Virus record (IMG/VR): IMGVR_UViG_3300026274_000001
Strand: one strand, 5' to 3'
Source: a virus
Lineage: Duplodnaviria > Caudoviricetes
Length of the DNA stretch: 64,000 nucleotides
Shown here: positions 45,865-54,709 of the stretch, one piece after another
Layout of the letters: every line of letters begins with the position of its first letter
Numbering within the stretch: position 1 is the first letter of the stretch
Program-made: the position numbers and the translations under genes
The notes under the pieces: generated by a model
The model's database searches: none
The model's input: only the letters and a program-made list of their open reading frames with translations
Told to the model about the DNA's origin: nothing

Positions 45865-46497
45865 TTATACTGTGATCGACTGGAATACTTGCGTGATAGC
45901 ACTGCCCGAGCTATCTTTAATAATAAAGCCTAAAGTATGGGTGCCAGAACTAAGTGTTAATGCAAAATTTGCTGGTGCACCATCCAGTACAGCGAAAGAT
46001 GTAATTGGTGTATTAATCACACTTCCATCAGTTACGTAACAAGTGTATTGTTTAGATGTGGTTGAACCAGAAACACTTATCAATGTTCCAGTATATTGGC
46101 CATTAGATAAATTGGTATTCGTAAGATACGCACCAGAGCTTGCGGTGAAAGTACTAGCAATGGAAGTTGCCGGATTATCCAGACTTAAAGTTACATTGAA
46201 CAGTTGACCAAGTGTTGGATAATAAGTATTTGGCAAAACCAATGTAACTTGACCGTCATTTACGTTGGTTTGTTGATATGTACCAACGCCATCTACGGAA
46301 AAAGTAAGAACACTAGCGTTAGTTCCAGTGTATTTTGAAAATTGTGCTGTAAAATTACCATTGAAATTCAAATATGGAACATTAATAGGTGGTGCAACTT
46401 CACCTACAATCGTAGTTAGCTTGACTACCATAGCTGCTAAGTCTTCAAGAGTAATGGATTGAGTGCTATTTGTTGGTATAACTGAAATATTAGCCAT
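45865..46497 (-). CDS. beta-rich virion surface / fibre-associated protein (putative)
   Basis: T/S/N/G-rich Ig-like composition; adjacent to the fibre gene. Confidence 0.6.
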   Translation of the reverse strand: MANISVIPTNSTQSITLEDLAAMVVKLTTIVGEVAPPINVPYLNFNGNFTAQFSKYTGTNASVLTFSVDGVGTYQQTNVNDGQVTLVLPNTYYPTLGQLFNVTLSLDNPATSIASTFTASSGAYLTNTNLSNGQYTGTLISVSGSTTSKQYTCYVTDGSVINTPITSFAVLDGAPANFALTLSSGTHTLGFIIKDSSGSAITQVFQSITV

Positions 46498-46580
46498 TTG
46501 TAATTTCCTGTATTAAATATTTTATTAATTTATGAAGGCATGGAAAGTGTTATGTTTTCCATGCCTTGTTTACTTACTAA

Positions 46581-47114
46581 TTACGTTGCTGACATCAAAC
46601 CCGCATTGATTAGCTTGGTCAACAATGCGTTGAAAGATCCTTGTGCTGATGCATCTGTCCAGCCTGAACCTTGTGACTGCAATGCTGCCATCTTAACAAC
46701 ACCTACTGTTGAAGTAGTTGCTGCTGGAGTTGCTGGAATAGCTGCGATAGCTGCTGCAACGAATGCTGTTGAAGCTGCGCCAGTTGTGCTGTTACCAAGA
46801 GTCAATGTTGGTACTGTTACTGTACCTGTGAATGTTGGTGATGCCAATGGTGCTGCACCAGTTACGTCAGCGATGGTCAGAACAACCGCACCTGAACGAC
46901 CAGCAACTGATGTAACACCAGATCCACCTGTTGGTGCTGTTGCTACGTATGCCAGTGATGCCCATGCTGTTGCGCCGTCACCAATCTTTGACTTGCCTGA
47001 GTCGGTTTCAACGCCGATTTCACCGTTTGCCAAAATTGTGTTTTCTGCTGTCCAATCTGCGGCTGTACCTGCACGACGCAGTGCTTGAACTCGATAAATG
47101 CCTGTAAGTGCCAT
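46581..47114 (-). CDS. short tail-fibre-like protein with Mtd-N/hyaluronidase-N-type domain
   Basis: RRAGTAADWTAEN.ILANGEIGVETDSGK.KIGDG.TAW..L.Y; VTSVAGRSGAV; APLASPTFTG. Confidence 0.8.
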   Translation of the reverse strand: MALTGIYRVQALRRAGTAADWTAENTILANGEIGVETDSGKSKIGDGATAWASLAYVATAPTGGSGVTSVAGRSGAVVLTIADVTGAAPLASPTFTGTVTVPTLTLGNSTTGAASTAFVAAAIAAIPATPAATTSTVGVVKMAALQSQGSGWTDASAQGSFNALLTKLINAGLMSAT

Positions 47115-47168
47115 TTTAAATCTCCGCATATTTGAGTAAAACCATTTTTACCCATACAATGCTTCTAT

Positions 47169-47174
47169 TATTTA
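47169..47174 (-). promoter_or_regulatory. T4-like late promoter core TAAATA
   Basis: TAAATA upstream of the fibre gene; the same core precedes 57685, 58497, 59994 and 35756. Confidence 0.5.
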
Positions 47175-47226
47175 CCTTTACTTAGCATATGGTAAAAAGA
47201 GGACTTTCCTCTGGTTTCAAAATACA

Positions 47227-47937
47227 ATGAAAACTAACGCATTTTTATATAAATGGACACAGCTTACCACTGGAAAATGGTATATAGGTTCAAGAACTAG
47301 AAAGGGTTGCCACCCAAATGATGGTTACTTGTGTTCTAGTAAAACAGTAAAACCGTTGATTGTATCCCATCCTGAAGAATGGAAAAGAGATATTCTGGTT
47401 GTTGGAAATCCGATTTATATTAGAGAAATAGAAACGACTTATTTGGTTAAGTTTGATGCGGCCAAGGATACTAATAGTTTTAATTTATCCAATTCTCATG
47501 GCAAATATTCTTTTACTGGACAAACTCATTCTGAAAAAACGAAATTAGCTATAAGTTTAGGTAATAAAGGAATAAAACGACCTGGTAGCGGTAATCGAAC
47601 CTCTAATAGAGGAAGTAGCGAAAATAGAGGAAATAAAAAATGTCACAAAGGCAAAAATAATCCTTGCTACGGTCGCACGGGCAAACTAAATCCGATGTTT
47701 AATAAAAAACATCCACCAGAAATGAAAAAGGTGCTATCCGATATCAAAATGGGTGGCAAGAATCCAAATTCTAAACGAGTACTAACACCCTTTGGCCATT
47801 ATGACACTCTGAAAGAAGCAGCACTTGCTTACAAAGTTTCGTCAAACACAATTAAGTATTGGATTACTACTAGTAGACTTGGATTCAGTTTTATAAATTT
47901 AGAAAAGAATAAAGAAGAACAGAGAAATGACAGATAA
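47227..47937 (+). mobile_element. free-standing homing endonuclease (GIY-YIG/Seg-like, NUMOD3 + NUMOD1)
   Basis: FLY.W....GKWYIGSR; HSEKTK..IS; NP.YG/NPMF repeats; C-terminal YDTLKEAA; AT-rich. Confidence 0.8.
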
Positions 47938-48697
47938 TACCAAGAAAACAGGTATGACAATTACAGTATCCGATGAATTGGTTGCTGACCTGAAGACCCT
48001 GCATGGCATTGATGCCGTTACCGAAATTGTTAATTCGGTAACATCAGAGCTTGAATTGGAATTAGAACAACCAAAAGAACCAGAACGTCGTGTGTTTTCT
48101 ATCGATGTTGGTAATATGACTCCTGAACAAGCCAAGGAAGCAATCACCGCAATTCAAAACAAATATGCCGCGCTTGATAGTGCATATAACCCCATGACTA
48201 TGGGCGAAGACTACTTTTTTGCACCTGCGCCAAAGAAGAAGTTTATGTCTACTAAGACATTTAATACTGATCGCGGATTGAGCTGCTGTTTCCGTCAATG
48301 GCGTGCCACCCATTCACATTGCTCAACACTGCACGGCTATTCAATCGGTGTGAAGTTTGTATTTGAATGTGAAGAACTGGACGAACGCAACTGGGTATTC
48401 GACTTTGGTGGTCTGAAGGATATTAAGAAATGGCTTGAGCATATGTTTGACCATACATGCTGTGTTGCAGAAGACGATCCATTGTTGGAACAATTTAAGG
48501 CATTTGCAGCAACTGGCGTTATGGACTTGCGGATTGTCCCAGGTGTAGGCTGTGAACGTTTTGCCGAAATGATTTTTGATCATGTCACTAAGGTGTTAGA
48601 TGATTCCCGCGATACTATGTTGAACAAGACTGCACGACTTAAGTCAGTCGAAGTCTTCGAACATGGTGCTAATTCGGCGATCGTTGAACGCGACTAA
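47927..48697 (+). CDS. queD: QueD-like 6-carboxy-tetrahydropterin synthase with portal-like N-terminal extension
   Basis: SCCFRQWRA.HSHC..LHGY, NWV.DFGGLK, FDH, GCE.FA, VEVFEH..NSA. Confidence 0.85.
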   Translation: MTDNTKKTGMTITVSDELVADLKTLHGIDAVTEIVNSVTSELELELEQPKEPERRVFSIDVGNMTPEQAKEAITAIQNKYAALDSAYNPMTMGEDYFFAPAPKKKFMSTKTFNTDRGLSCCFRQWRATHSHCSTLHGYSIGVKFVFECEELDERNWVFDFGGLKDIKKWLEHMFDHTCCVAEDDPLLEQFKAFAATGVMDLRIVPGVGCERFAEMIFDHVTKVLDDSRDTMLNKTARLKSVEVFEHGANSAIVERD

Positions 48698-48710
48698 TTC
48701 CAAATAGTAC

Positions 48711-48743
48711 TTGACTGCCATACTAGATGAACCTAGTATGGCA
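48711..48743 (+). promoter_or_regulatory. sigma70-type promoter inside an 11-bp perfect inverted repeat
   Basis: TTGACT-N17-TAGTAT; TGCCATACTAG/CTAGTATGGCA. Confidence 0.7.
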
Positions 48744-48777
48744 TCGTTACACACAAACTAACTGAGGAGAAAACAAA

Positions 48778-49470
48778 ATGGGCTTTAGCCTTACTGCTTC
48801 ATCCGTAAACTCGGCAATGATCCGTGTTTACAACTATGTCTTTGCTGCTCTGGTTCTCACTGGTGCGGTTGCATTCGGCGTAGCAAGTCAGCCGGCGTTT
48901 CTGAAGGTGTTGATGACCGGCGCCGCACAGATCGGTCTGATCGTACTGACGTTTGTATTACTGTTCAGTATCTCGTCGGTCCGTGAGTCAGAAAACGCGG
49001 TTGCTGCGAAGGTGATGTTTGGTGCATTTGCTGTTGTATGGGGACTTTTGTTCTCTGGCATTTTCGCCGCATATACGACTGCAAGTATTTTCGCTGCTTT
49101 GTTCTCTGCTGCGGTATTATTCCTGACTATGTCCGGATACGGTTACTTCACCAAACGTGACATCACGTCGTTCGGTCAATACTTGTTTATTGGCTTGATT
49201 GCAATCATTATCGCAAGTGTCGTTAACTTGTTTGTCGGTAGCAATACTGCATCATTGGTGATTTCAGGTTTTACTATCCTGTTGTTTATCGGTATCACCG
49301 CATGGGATGCGCAAACGATTCGTGATTCTTTGATGGCAGCTGAATCGCAAGCCAATCTTGATTACGTTGTTGTCAACGGTGCGATGTCCCTGTACTTGGA
49401 CTTCTTGAACTTGTTCTTGAGTTTCCTGCGCTTTATGGGTGTTCCAGTTCCTTCGTCAAGTAACGATTGA
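48778..49470 (+). CDS. Bax inhibitor-1/YccA family membrane protein
   Basis: MIRVYNY..., YGYFTKRD, TAWDAQ.I, GAMSLYLDFLNLFL..L; 7 TM. Confidence 0.92.
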   Translation: MGFSLTASSVNSAMIRVYNYVFAALVLTGAVAFGVASQPAFLKVLMTGAAQIGLIVLTFVLLFSISSVRESENAVAAKVMFGAFAVVWGLLFSGIFAAYTTASIFAALFSAAVLFLTMSGYGYFTKRDITSFGQYLFIGLIAIIIASVVNLFVGSNTASLVISGFTILLFIGITAWDAQTIRDSLMAAESQANLDYVVVNGAMSLYLDFLNLFLSFLRFMGVPVPSSSND

Positions 49471-49750
49471 TACAAAAGTAACACGGTAACAACTGGCATG
49501 GCCCCCTAGGGGGCCATCATACCATTCAGCTACTGGGTACTGAACTAATATCACCAGAGTAACCATGAGGGTTTGCTGACTTCTAATATATTCCAATATG
49601 GCAACAAAAACTATTGCATAGTTGCCACATATCTGTAGAATACGATTTAAGGTGCAGACATGCACTAAGCAACTGGCAAGTAAGCGCTCCGCGGCCAAGT
49701 TGTATCCTAAAAAGTGAGCGTTAGCAGTAACTGAGTAATTTTTAAAACAA

Positions 49751-50038
49751 ATGGCAACAAAGCAATCTACCCGTAGTGATCTGGAAAACTTCCTGGCTGG
49801 TCTTGACCTCGCAAACAAGCCTGTCATCCATGTAAATGGTAAGGAACACCCAACCGCAGTAGTCGTAGTTGACTTCGGTTCACCCCTCACGCAAGTCAAA
49901 CTCTCCCCTGAGCAAAACCAAGAACTCGCAGGCAAGCTGCGCAAGTTCGCCCGTGAACTAGTCAACAAGGATGCAAACCTGCGCATCTCGTCGGACAACT
50001 ACTTGGGCTTGATCTTCTGGGCGTCATCAGCACACTAA
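49751..50038 (+). CDS. hypothetical protein
   Basis: 95 aa followed by a terminator. Confidence 0.7.
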   Translation: MATKQSTRSDLENFLAGLDLANKPVIHVNGKEHPTAVVVVDFGSPLTQVKLSPEQNQELAGKLRKFARELVNKDANLRISSDNYLGLIFWASSAH

Positions 50039-50059
50039 GCTGAAGATAGCAACGATAAG

Positions 50060-50082
50060 AAACGCACTACGGTGCGTTTTTT
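50060..50082. terminator. bidirectional intrinsic terminator
   Basis: AAACGCAC-TACG-GTGCGTTTTTT between convergent units. Confidence 0.8.
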
Positions 50083-50368
50083 AATGAGCCAATGAATCAC
50101 AAAAGGTGAGTTTGAACATGACAGCATAGCTGATGCTACGAAAGCGATATTCGATCTTGTTTTGATTTGATATAGATGTGATGACGTTACAGTCATCAGT
50201 GTGGACGGTGAACTTGTAATCCACCCATACGTCATACTTGCCTACGTTCTCGTCAATCCAATCAGCAATCGTAGCTTGAACTTCAGGCAGGTTAGTAACC
50301 GTGACTGAATGTCGCCATACGTGCTTGGCGACATAGTTGGCGAAACGATTGCTAGATTTGCGAATCAT
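50081..50368 (-). CDS. FKLxW-family protein (minus cluster)
   Basis: IADWIDENVG...RFRSISYAVMFKLTF. Confidence 0.8.
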   Translation of the reverse strand: MIRKSSNRFANYVAKHVWRHSVTVTNLPEVQATIADWIDENVGKYDVWVDYKFTVHTDDCNVITSISNQNKIEYRFRSISYAVMFKLTFCDSLAH

Positions 50369-50400
50369 CAGAGCGGATACACAATAATACTACAGTATAG

Positions 50401-50643
50401 TTACTTTTGATCAGACCATGACAGTCTAAACATCATACCGCTAGCATCGGACTCGAACTTAACGTAGAACTTCATTTCTTCAGGCTCAACGTCTACTTCA
50501 TAGTCGGTGATGTTGTGCTCACTAGCCCAGGTCTTGAACGTGTCATTGAGTATTACTGTAACATTCAACAGATCGCTTGCCTCTTCAACTGGATCCAATT
50601 GAATGCGATATAACGAATCGGGTATAAGAAATTTCATGACCAT
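50401..50643 (-). CDS. FKLxW-family protein (minus cluster)
   Basis: KFESDASGMMFRLSW; ATG lies within the upstream A|TGG. Confidence 0.8.
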   Translation of the reverse strand: MVMKFLIPDSLYRIQLDPVEEASDLLNVTVILNDTFKTWASEHNITDYEVDVEPEEMKFYVKFESDASGMMFRLSWSDQK

Positions 50644-50891
50644 GTTAATTTGAACCTGATGGCTTCGGTTGCATCGTTAAAGTAAACATCTATAGCATGA
50701 CTCCCAGACTTCGATACTTCCCAGTCCCAGTCAACCCATTGTGCCCCAACAAGTTCTTCAAGCTCAGGCCTTATAATTTCATTTGGATCAGAAGTCACAA
50801 ATTCATTATCATTATCATCCTGTATTATACGCTCGCTTGGCCACGGCACGGTAACTGAATATGAATAGGCAGTAAATTCTTTTAATTTCAT
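50634..50891 (-). CDS. FKLxW-family protein (minus cluster)
   Basis: YFNDATEAIRFKLTW; ATGA overlap. Confidence 0.8.
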   Translation of the reverse strand: MKLKEFTAYSYSVTVPWPSERIIQDDNDNEFVTSDPNEIIRPELEELVGAQWVDWDWEVSKSGSHAIDVYFNDATEAIRFKLTWS

Positions 50892-51553
50892 TGTATGATT
50901 GGCTTGACTCTTGCTCGATCGTTCCAAGCAAGCTTGAACATTAAAGCCTCGTTTTCACTCTCAAATTCCGCGGTGAGACCAACATGAAACGTATTTATGG
51001 CATATTTTGAATCTAGCCGTTCAGTACACCATTCTTTTATTTCTTTGACAAAGGCATCCCACTCAATCCGTTCATTTTTGGTATCGAATGGGTACATCAC
51101 CTCCATTTTTAATCCCCTGGGGGCAAACCACCAGATCCTGAACGCCTCGTAGTCTTCCAAGTCCACAAACGTTAGGGTCCAGCATGAGTTTACTTGAGTT
51201 TGGGCAAATACGACATTCTTGCATTCAGTCTCAAACCAGGTATCAAACTCAGCACGTCGCCATACTCGATAGCCTTCAATCTCGCTAATTTGAAATGTTA
51301 GCTGTCGATCGTAAAACGCTGTCCTTCCGTACCAAGCCATATGATCTATTAATGGATCATATATCGCATAATAATTATGCTGGTTATGGGTAATATTACC
51401 CATAACAGGAAGATGCACTCCGTCAGTAGACATTACGAATAAGTTTGACGGACTATGACTATATGACTTAATAGGAACATGCGAGCCATTAACCATAATG
51501 GCATCCTGAGAGAAGTGCAGTGACCCAGGAATGATAGTAAGCTTGCTTGCCAT
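50888..51553 (-). CDS. FKLxW-family protein with two tandem domains
   Basis: TFVDLEDYEAFRIWW and EFESENEALMFKLAW in one ORF. Confidence 0.8.
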   Translation of the reverse strand: MASKLTIIPGSLHFSQDAIMVNGSHVPIKSYSHSPSNLFVMSTDGVHLPVMGNITHNQHNYYAIYDPLIDHMAWYGRTAFYDRQLTFQISEIEGYRVWRRAEFDTWFETECKNVVFAQTQVNSCWTLTFVDLEDYEAFRIWWFAPRGLKMEVMYPFDTKNERIEWDAFVKEIKEWCTERLDSKYAINTFHVGLTAEFESENEALMFKLAWNDRARVKPIIQ

Positions 51554-51915
51554 TATCCGTGCGTCAATTTAAATTTGATAGCATCCGTATCATCCATAAT
51601 CAGTCGATGAGATGACATCTGGAAAGGAATCTTACCATCCGTGATCCAATTCGGATCATCACCAATAGCCCTAACTCCCTTTTGGTATTGCAGTGAAGGA
51701 TATTCTTCCTTCAATTCTGCATAGACTGGGGCGGTCCAATCGAATGTTTCAGTAGTCATGTTGCGTGGATATGGCCGAATGATCCAAACCGTGAACGGAT
51801 CAATATCAACTTGCACGAAGTGATGAAGGCGATCACCCAAATAGTAATTCTTGTTTTGATGGTAGTCGTTTTCATTTTTGTAGACAACCAACTCATATTC
51901 TCTAATCAGTTTCAT
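51553..51915 (-). CDS. FKLxW-family protein (minus cluster)
   Basis: IMDDTDAIKFKLTH; start adjusted to ATG 51915. Confidence 0.75.
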   Translation of the reverse strand: MKLIREYELVVYKNENDYHQNKNYYLGDRLHHFVQVDIDPFTVWIIRPYPRNMTTETFDWTAPVYAELKEEYPSLQYQKGVRAIGDDPNWITDGKIPFQMSSHRLIMDDTDAIKFKLTHG

Positions 51916-52300
51916 AATTGGTATTGGATAAAAGGAATTGAACTTGTTCGGCCTCGTCATGAATTTCCACATGAAGATATTCACCGTCGTATGCATATTC
52001 AACACTGGTGTAATGACCGAACAGTAGTTTGCATATTTCACTATTCTCAAAGTCATGACATTTTTTCCATAGAGTCTTGTTGCGTATGACTTCTACTTTG
52101 GAATGCTTGATCACTTGGAACCGCAGTGGCGCACCATCAAGATGCGGGCAAACTTGAATAACTGTTGGAGTTGCCTCGATTTCCCAAGCAGGTATACCAC
52201 GAAATAGATAGCTATAGCTGGAACCTTGATGCATGGGAACATACGGATGCATTATCAGCAGACTGTGATGCTCTGGGAAACTTATTATTTTTCTTTTCAT
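51902..52300 (-). CDS. FKLxW-family protein (minus cluster)
   Basis: LHVEIHDEAEQVQFLL; start uncertain. Confidence 0.65.
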   Translation of the reverse strand: MKRKIISFPEHHSLLIMHPYVPMHQGSSYSYLFRGIPAWEIEATPTVIQVCPHLDGAPLRFQVIKHSKVEVIRNKTLWKKCHDFENSEICKLLFGHYTSVEYAYDGEYLHVEIHDEAEQVQFLLSNTNYETD

Positions 52301-52364
52301 ATCATAACGATGCACGTTTGTACCATTATGACATAGATGGCAAGTAATGTCTAGCCAGTTGTGA

Positions 52365-52721
52365 CTAGCAATACTTTAATTTGAAGTGAAGCGCCTCGGT
52401 ATCATCTTTGAATACCAAGTAATCATTGACTTCGCCCTCTAAGTAGGGAGCGTCTGGGTACAGATGCCGTTCTATTGTGATGCTAGGGAAATCTTCTTTG
52501 AAAAATGCAATGAGGGAAGATTCATTAATTGGTTGATATCTGGATTTGACCACAATCAACCGAAATTCAATCTGCTCCTCAAGCCGCAACACCAGTTCGG
52601 CATGATTCATCATTGCTCGCGAAATTGGTTCCACTTCTGACATTATCAGAACCGAATTGCCAAATTCCCTAAACATATGCAGCATGTCAGCTCCATCGTA
52701 ATCGAAACAATACTGCTTCAT
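52365..52721 (-). CDS. FKLxW-family protein (minus cluster)
   Basis: VFKDDTEALHFKLKY. Confidence 0.8.
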   Translation of the reverse strand: MKQYCFDYDGADMLHMFREFGNSVLIMSEVEPISRAMMNHAELVLRLEEQIEFRLIVVKSRYQPINESSLIAFFKEDFPSITIERHLYPDAPYLEGEVNDYLVFKDDTEALHFKLKYC

Positions 52722-52938
52722 TTTCCTGTGGTAGCTCTATGCGGATCCGTATAGAGCCGATAATTGCGAATGGATTCACGTACTCAAAAAGAATGCGATA
52801 TTCAATCGCATTCTCCTGTAACCACTGGTGAACTAATGGGAATTTATCCAATAGCCATGAATCACCAGGGTCACCTTTGTACGATCTATCCCAAAACGCG
52901 TCTTCATCTACGGTTGCTAGGATAAAGTTATTGCTCAT
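52687..52938 (-). CDS. FKLxW-family protein (minus cluster)
   Basis: VHQWLQEN...ELPQENEAVLFRLRW. Confidence 0.8.
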   Translation of the reverse strand: MSNNFILATVDEDAFWDRSYKGDPGDSWLLDKFPLVHQWLQENAIEYRILFEYVNPFAIIGSIRIRIELPQENEAVLFRLRWS

Positions 52939-54300
52939 TTACTTAATTTTCTTCAAGTCGTCTAATTCAGTCTTGTAGATTTCACGCAAACGCGCAGGAG
53001 ACTTCAAGATCGCTTTGTGTTCCTTGATATTACCTTGCAAGCGAGCAATGTTTTCCTTTGTAACACCAAGGAAGTCAGTAGCCCATTTGAAAGTTGGCAA
53101 ACTCACAATCTTATCAATCTGTGATGCATCAAGACCAATCTTCGATGTCAACATATCAACATCACTTTCCACTTCAGCCTTGTTTGCTTTCTTGCTCAAC
53201 CGTTCTGGTAGCTTACCATCAAAGCAAGCCTTGATACCTTGCCAATACTTGAGTTCGTAGCTGTCATCGTCCAACATCTTTGCATAACGGGTCGTGTACC
53301 ACTTCAGACGCCATTCCACAAATTCTTTGACTAGCGTTTCTGCACTGGTGTATTGACGAATACTTGTGCCATTCCAATCAATAACCACTATACGCTCAGT
53401 TGCACGTTGGCGCAACTTAAAGAATTCAATTACGTCCTGTTCCGTCCAGCCCTTCAACTCGCCACGCTTGAATGTGATTCGAATATCAATAACTTTGGTA
53501 CTGTCATCCACGAAAGTAACAATCTTATCCTCTTCTTCCATCTTGACTAGACGCTTACGGAAAGCTTCTAGGGCTAAGTTTGGAGGAAGTTCCGTAATCT
53601 TAACCAATGACGTGTTGACAATCTCAACCTTACCAGTAAACTCCCAGACATTTGGCTCGAGGTTCTTGACTGATACGTCCAAGTAATCGAAACTTGGTTC
53701 CAAACCCTTTGGTTCCTTACCATCAAGTGCTTGCTGTGTGGCTGCAACCAATTTCTTGAGGTTACGGGGTAGAATATCAGTAGACCAACCCACAGCAATA
53801 CCACTAACGCCGTTCAACAGAACTAACGGGATGAGTGGCAGAAAGTGTTCTGGCTGTTTCGTTGAACCGTCATAGTTGTCCTTTACTGGGACAATATCCA
53901 AGTCCTTGTAAAGCAACATGTCACTTGACTTGTTCTTCTTTACATAGGTATAACGTGGGGCACCGATGCCTTCCACTGGAGCAACACGCGTACCAAATGC
54001 ACCAATGCCATCAAGCAGTGTTACATTGTTGACGTATGGTGCAGCCAACATACTGATGGCCATTGCAGCTGAAGTGTCACCAGCCAGATATAGACCACCG
54101 GAAATCATTTCACCAGCTAGTGAAATTGTCTTAATCTTTTCTGATTTATTTCTAATAGTCCAAAGTGCCTTTCTTTGACTGTCTTTTAGACCGTCAGATA
54201 CGTTTGGAATGGCGCGCTGTTCGCACACATAGATAGAATAATCTCTTGAAGTGTCTTTGATGTAGTCACTAGTGGTAGGGATTTTTATTTTAGTTGTCAT
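52939..54300 (-). CDS. type II DNA topoisomerase, DNA-cleavage subunit (T4 gp52/GyrA-like)
   Basis: RAIPNVSDGLK.SQRK, G.GAFG, catalytic PRY, P.VL.NG..GIAVGWST.I. Confidence 0.95.
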   Translation of the reverse strand: MTTKIKIPTTSDYIKDTSRDYSIYVCEQRAIPNVSDGLKDSQRKALWTIRNKSEKIKTISLAGEMISGGLYLAGDTSAAMAISMLAAPYVNNVTLLDGIGAFGTRVAPVEGIGAPRYTYVKKNKSSDMLLYKDLDIVPVKDNYDGSTKQPEHFLPLIPLVLLNGVSGIAVGWSTDILPRNLKKLVAATQQALDGKEPKGLEPSFDYLDVSVKNLEPNVWEFTGKVEIVNTSLVKITELPPNLALEAFRKRLVKMEEEDKIVTFVDDSTKVIDIRITFKRGELKGWTEQDVIEFFKLRQRATERIVVIDWNGTSIRQYTSAETLVKEFVEWRLKWYTTRYAKMLDDDSYELKYWQGIKACFDGKLPERLSKKANKAEVESDVDMLTSKIGLDASQIDKIVSLPTFKWATDFLGVTKENIARLQGNIKEHKAILKSPARLREIYKTELDDLKKIK

Positions 54301-54328
54301 AATACCTATTATAATTGTTTTATTTTGG

Positions 54329-54709
54329 TTAACAGTACTTTAATTTGAACATTATTGCGTCTTCTACATTCTGAAATGACCAATAGCGATTCAATAAATT
54401 ACCTTGAATCTTGGTTGCGATATGACCTGGAAAATTGGCATTCATCCAATAACCAGAACAATGTTCAGCACACCAAGCGCTGAACTCTCTAGTCATATTT
54501 CCCAGCTCTAACAGATTGTTATTCTTAATTCCTCGATTGGACACATCTATAATACAAAGATGCGGACAGACCTCGAAAAAGGCTTTACATATCGTCTCAT
54601 AACCTAAAGTGGCATAAAGCTTATTATCAACCGCGTAACGAGAAGATAGACGAAATTTCAGATACTTGTCTTCAAACAGACTGGCATCAAATGTTACGAT
54701 GTTGCTCAT
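54329..54709 (-). CDS. FKLxW-family protein (between the topoisomerase genes)
   Basis: FSAWCAEHC...SFQNVEDAIMFKLKY. Confidence 0.8.
   Translation of the reverse strand: MSNIVTFDASLFEDKYLKFRLSSRYAVDNKLYATLGYETICKAFFEVCPHLCIIDVSNRGIKNNNLLELGNMTREFSAWCAEHCSGYWMNANFPGHIATKIQGNLLNRYWSFQNVEDAIMFKLKYC

Noticed and set aside
46540-47088. 182-aa plus-strand ORF
   Set aside because: Antisense shadow of the Ala/Thr-rich fibre gene.
51811-52347. Plus-strand ORFs 51811-52089 and 52165-52347 with faint family-like words
   Set aside because: They are antisense to minus-strand members that carry the full motif and fit the operon direction.
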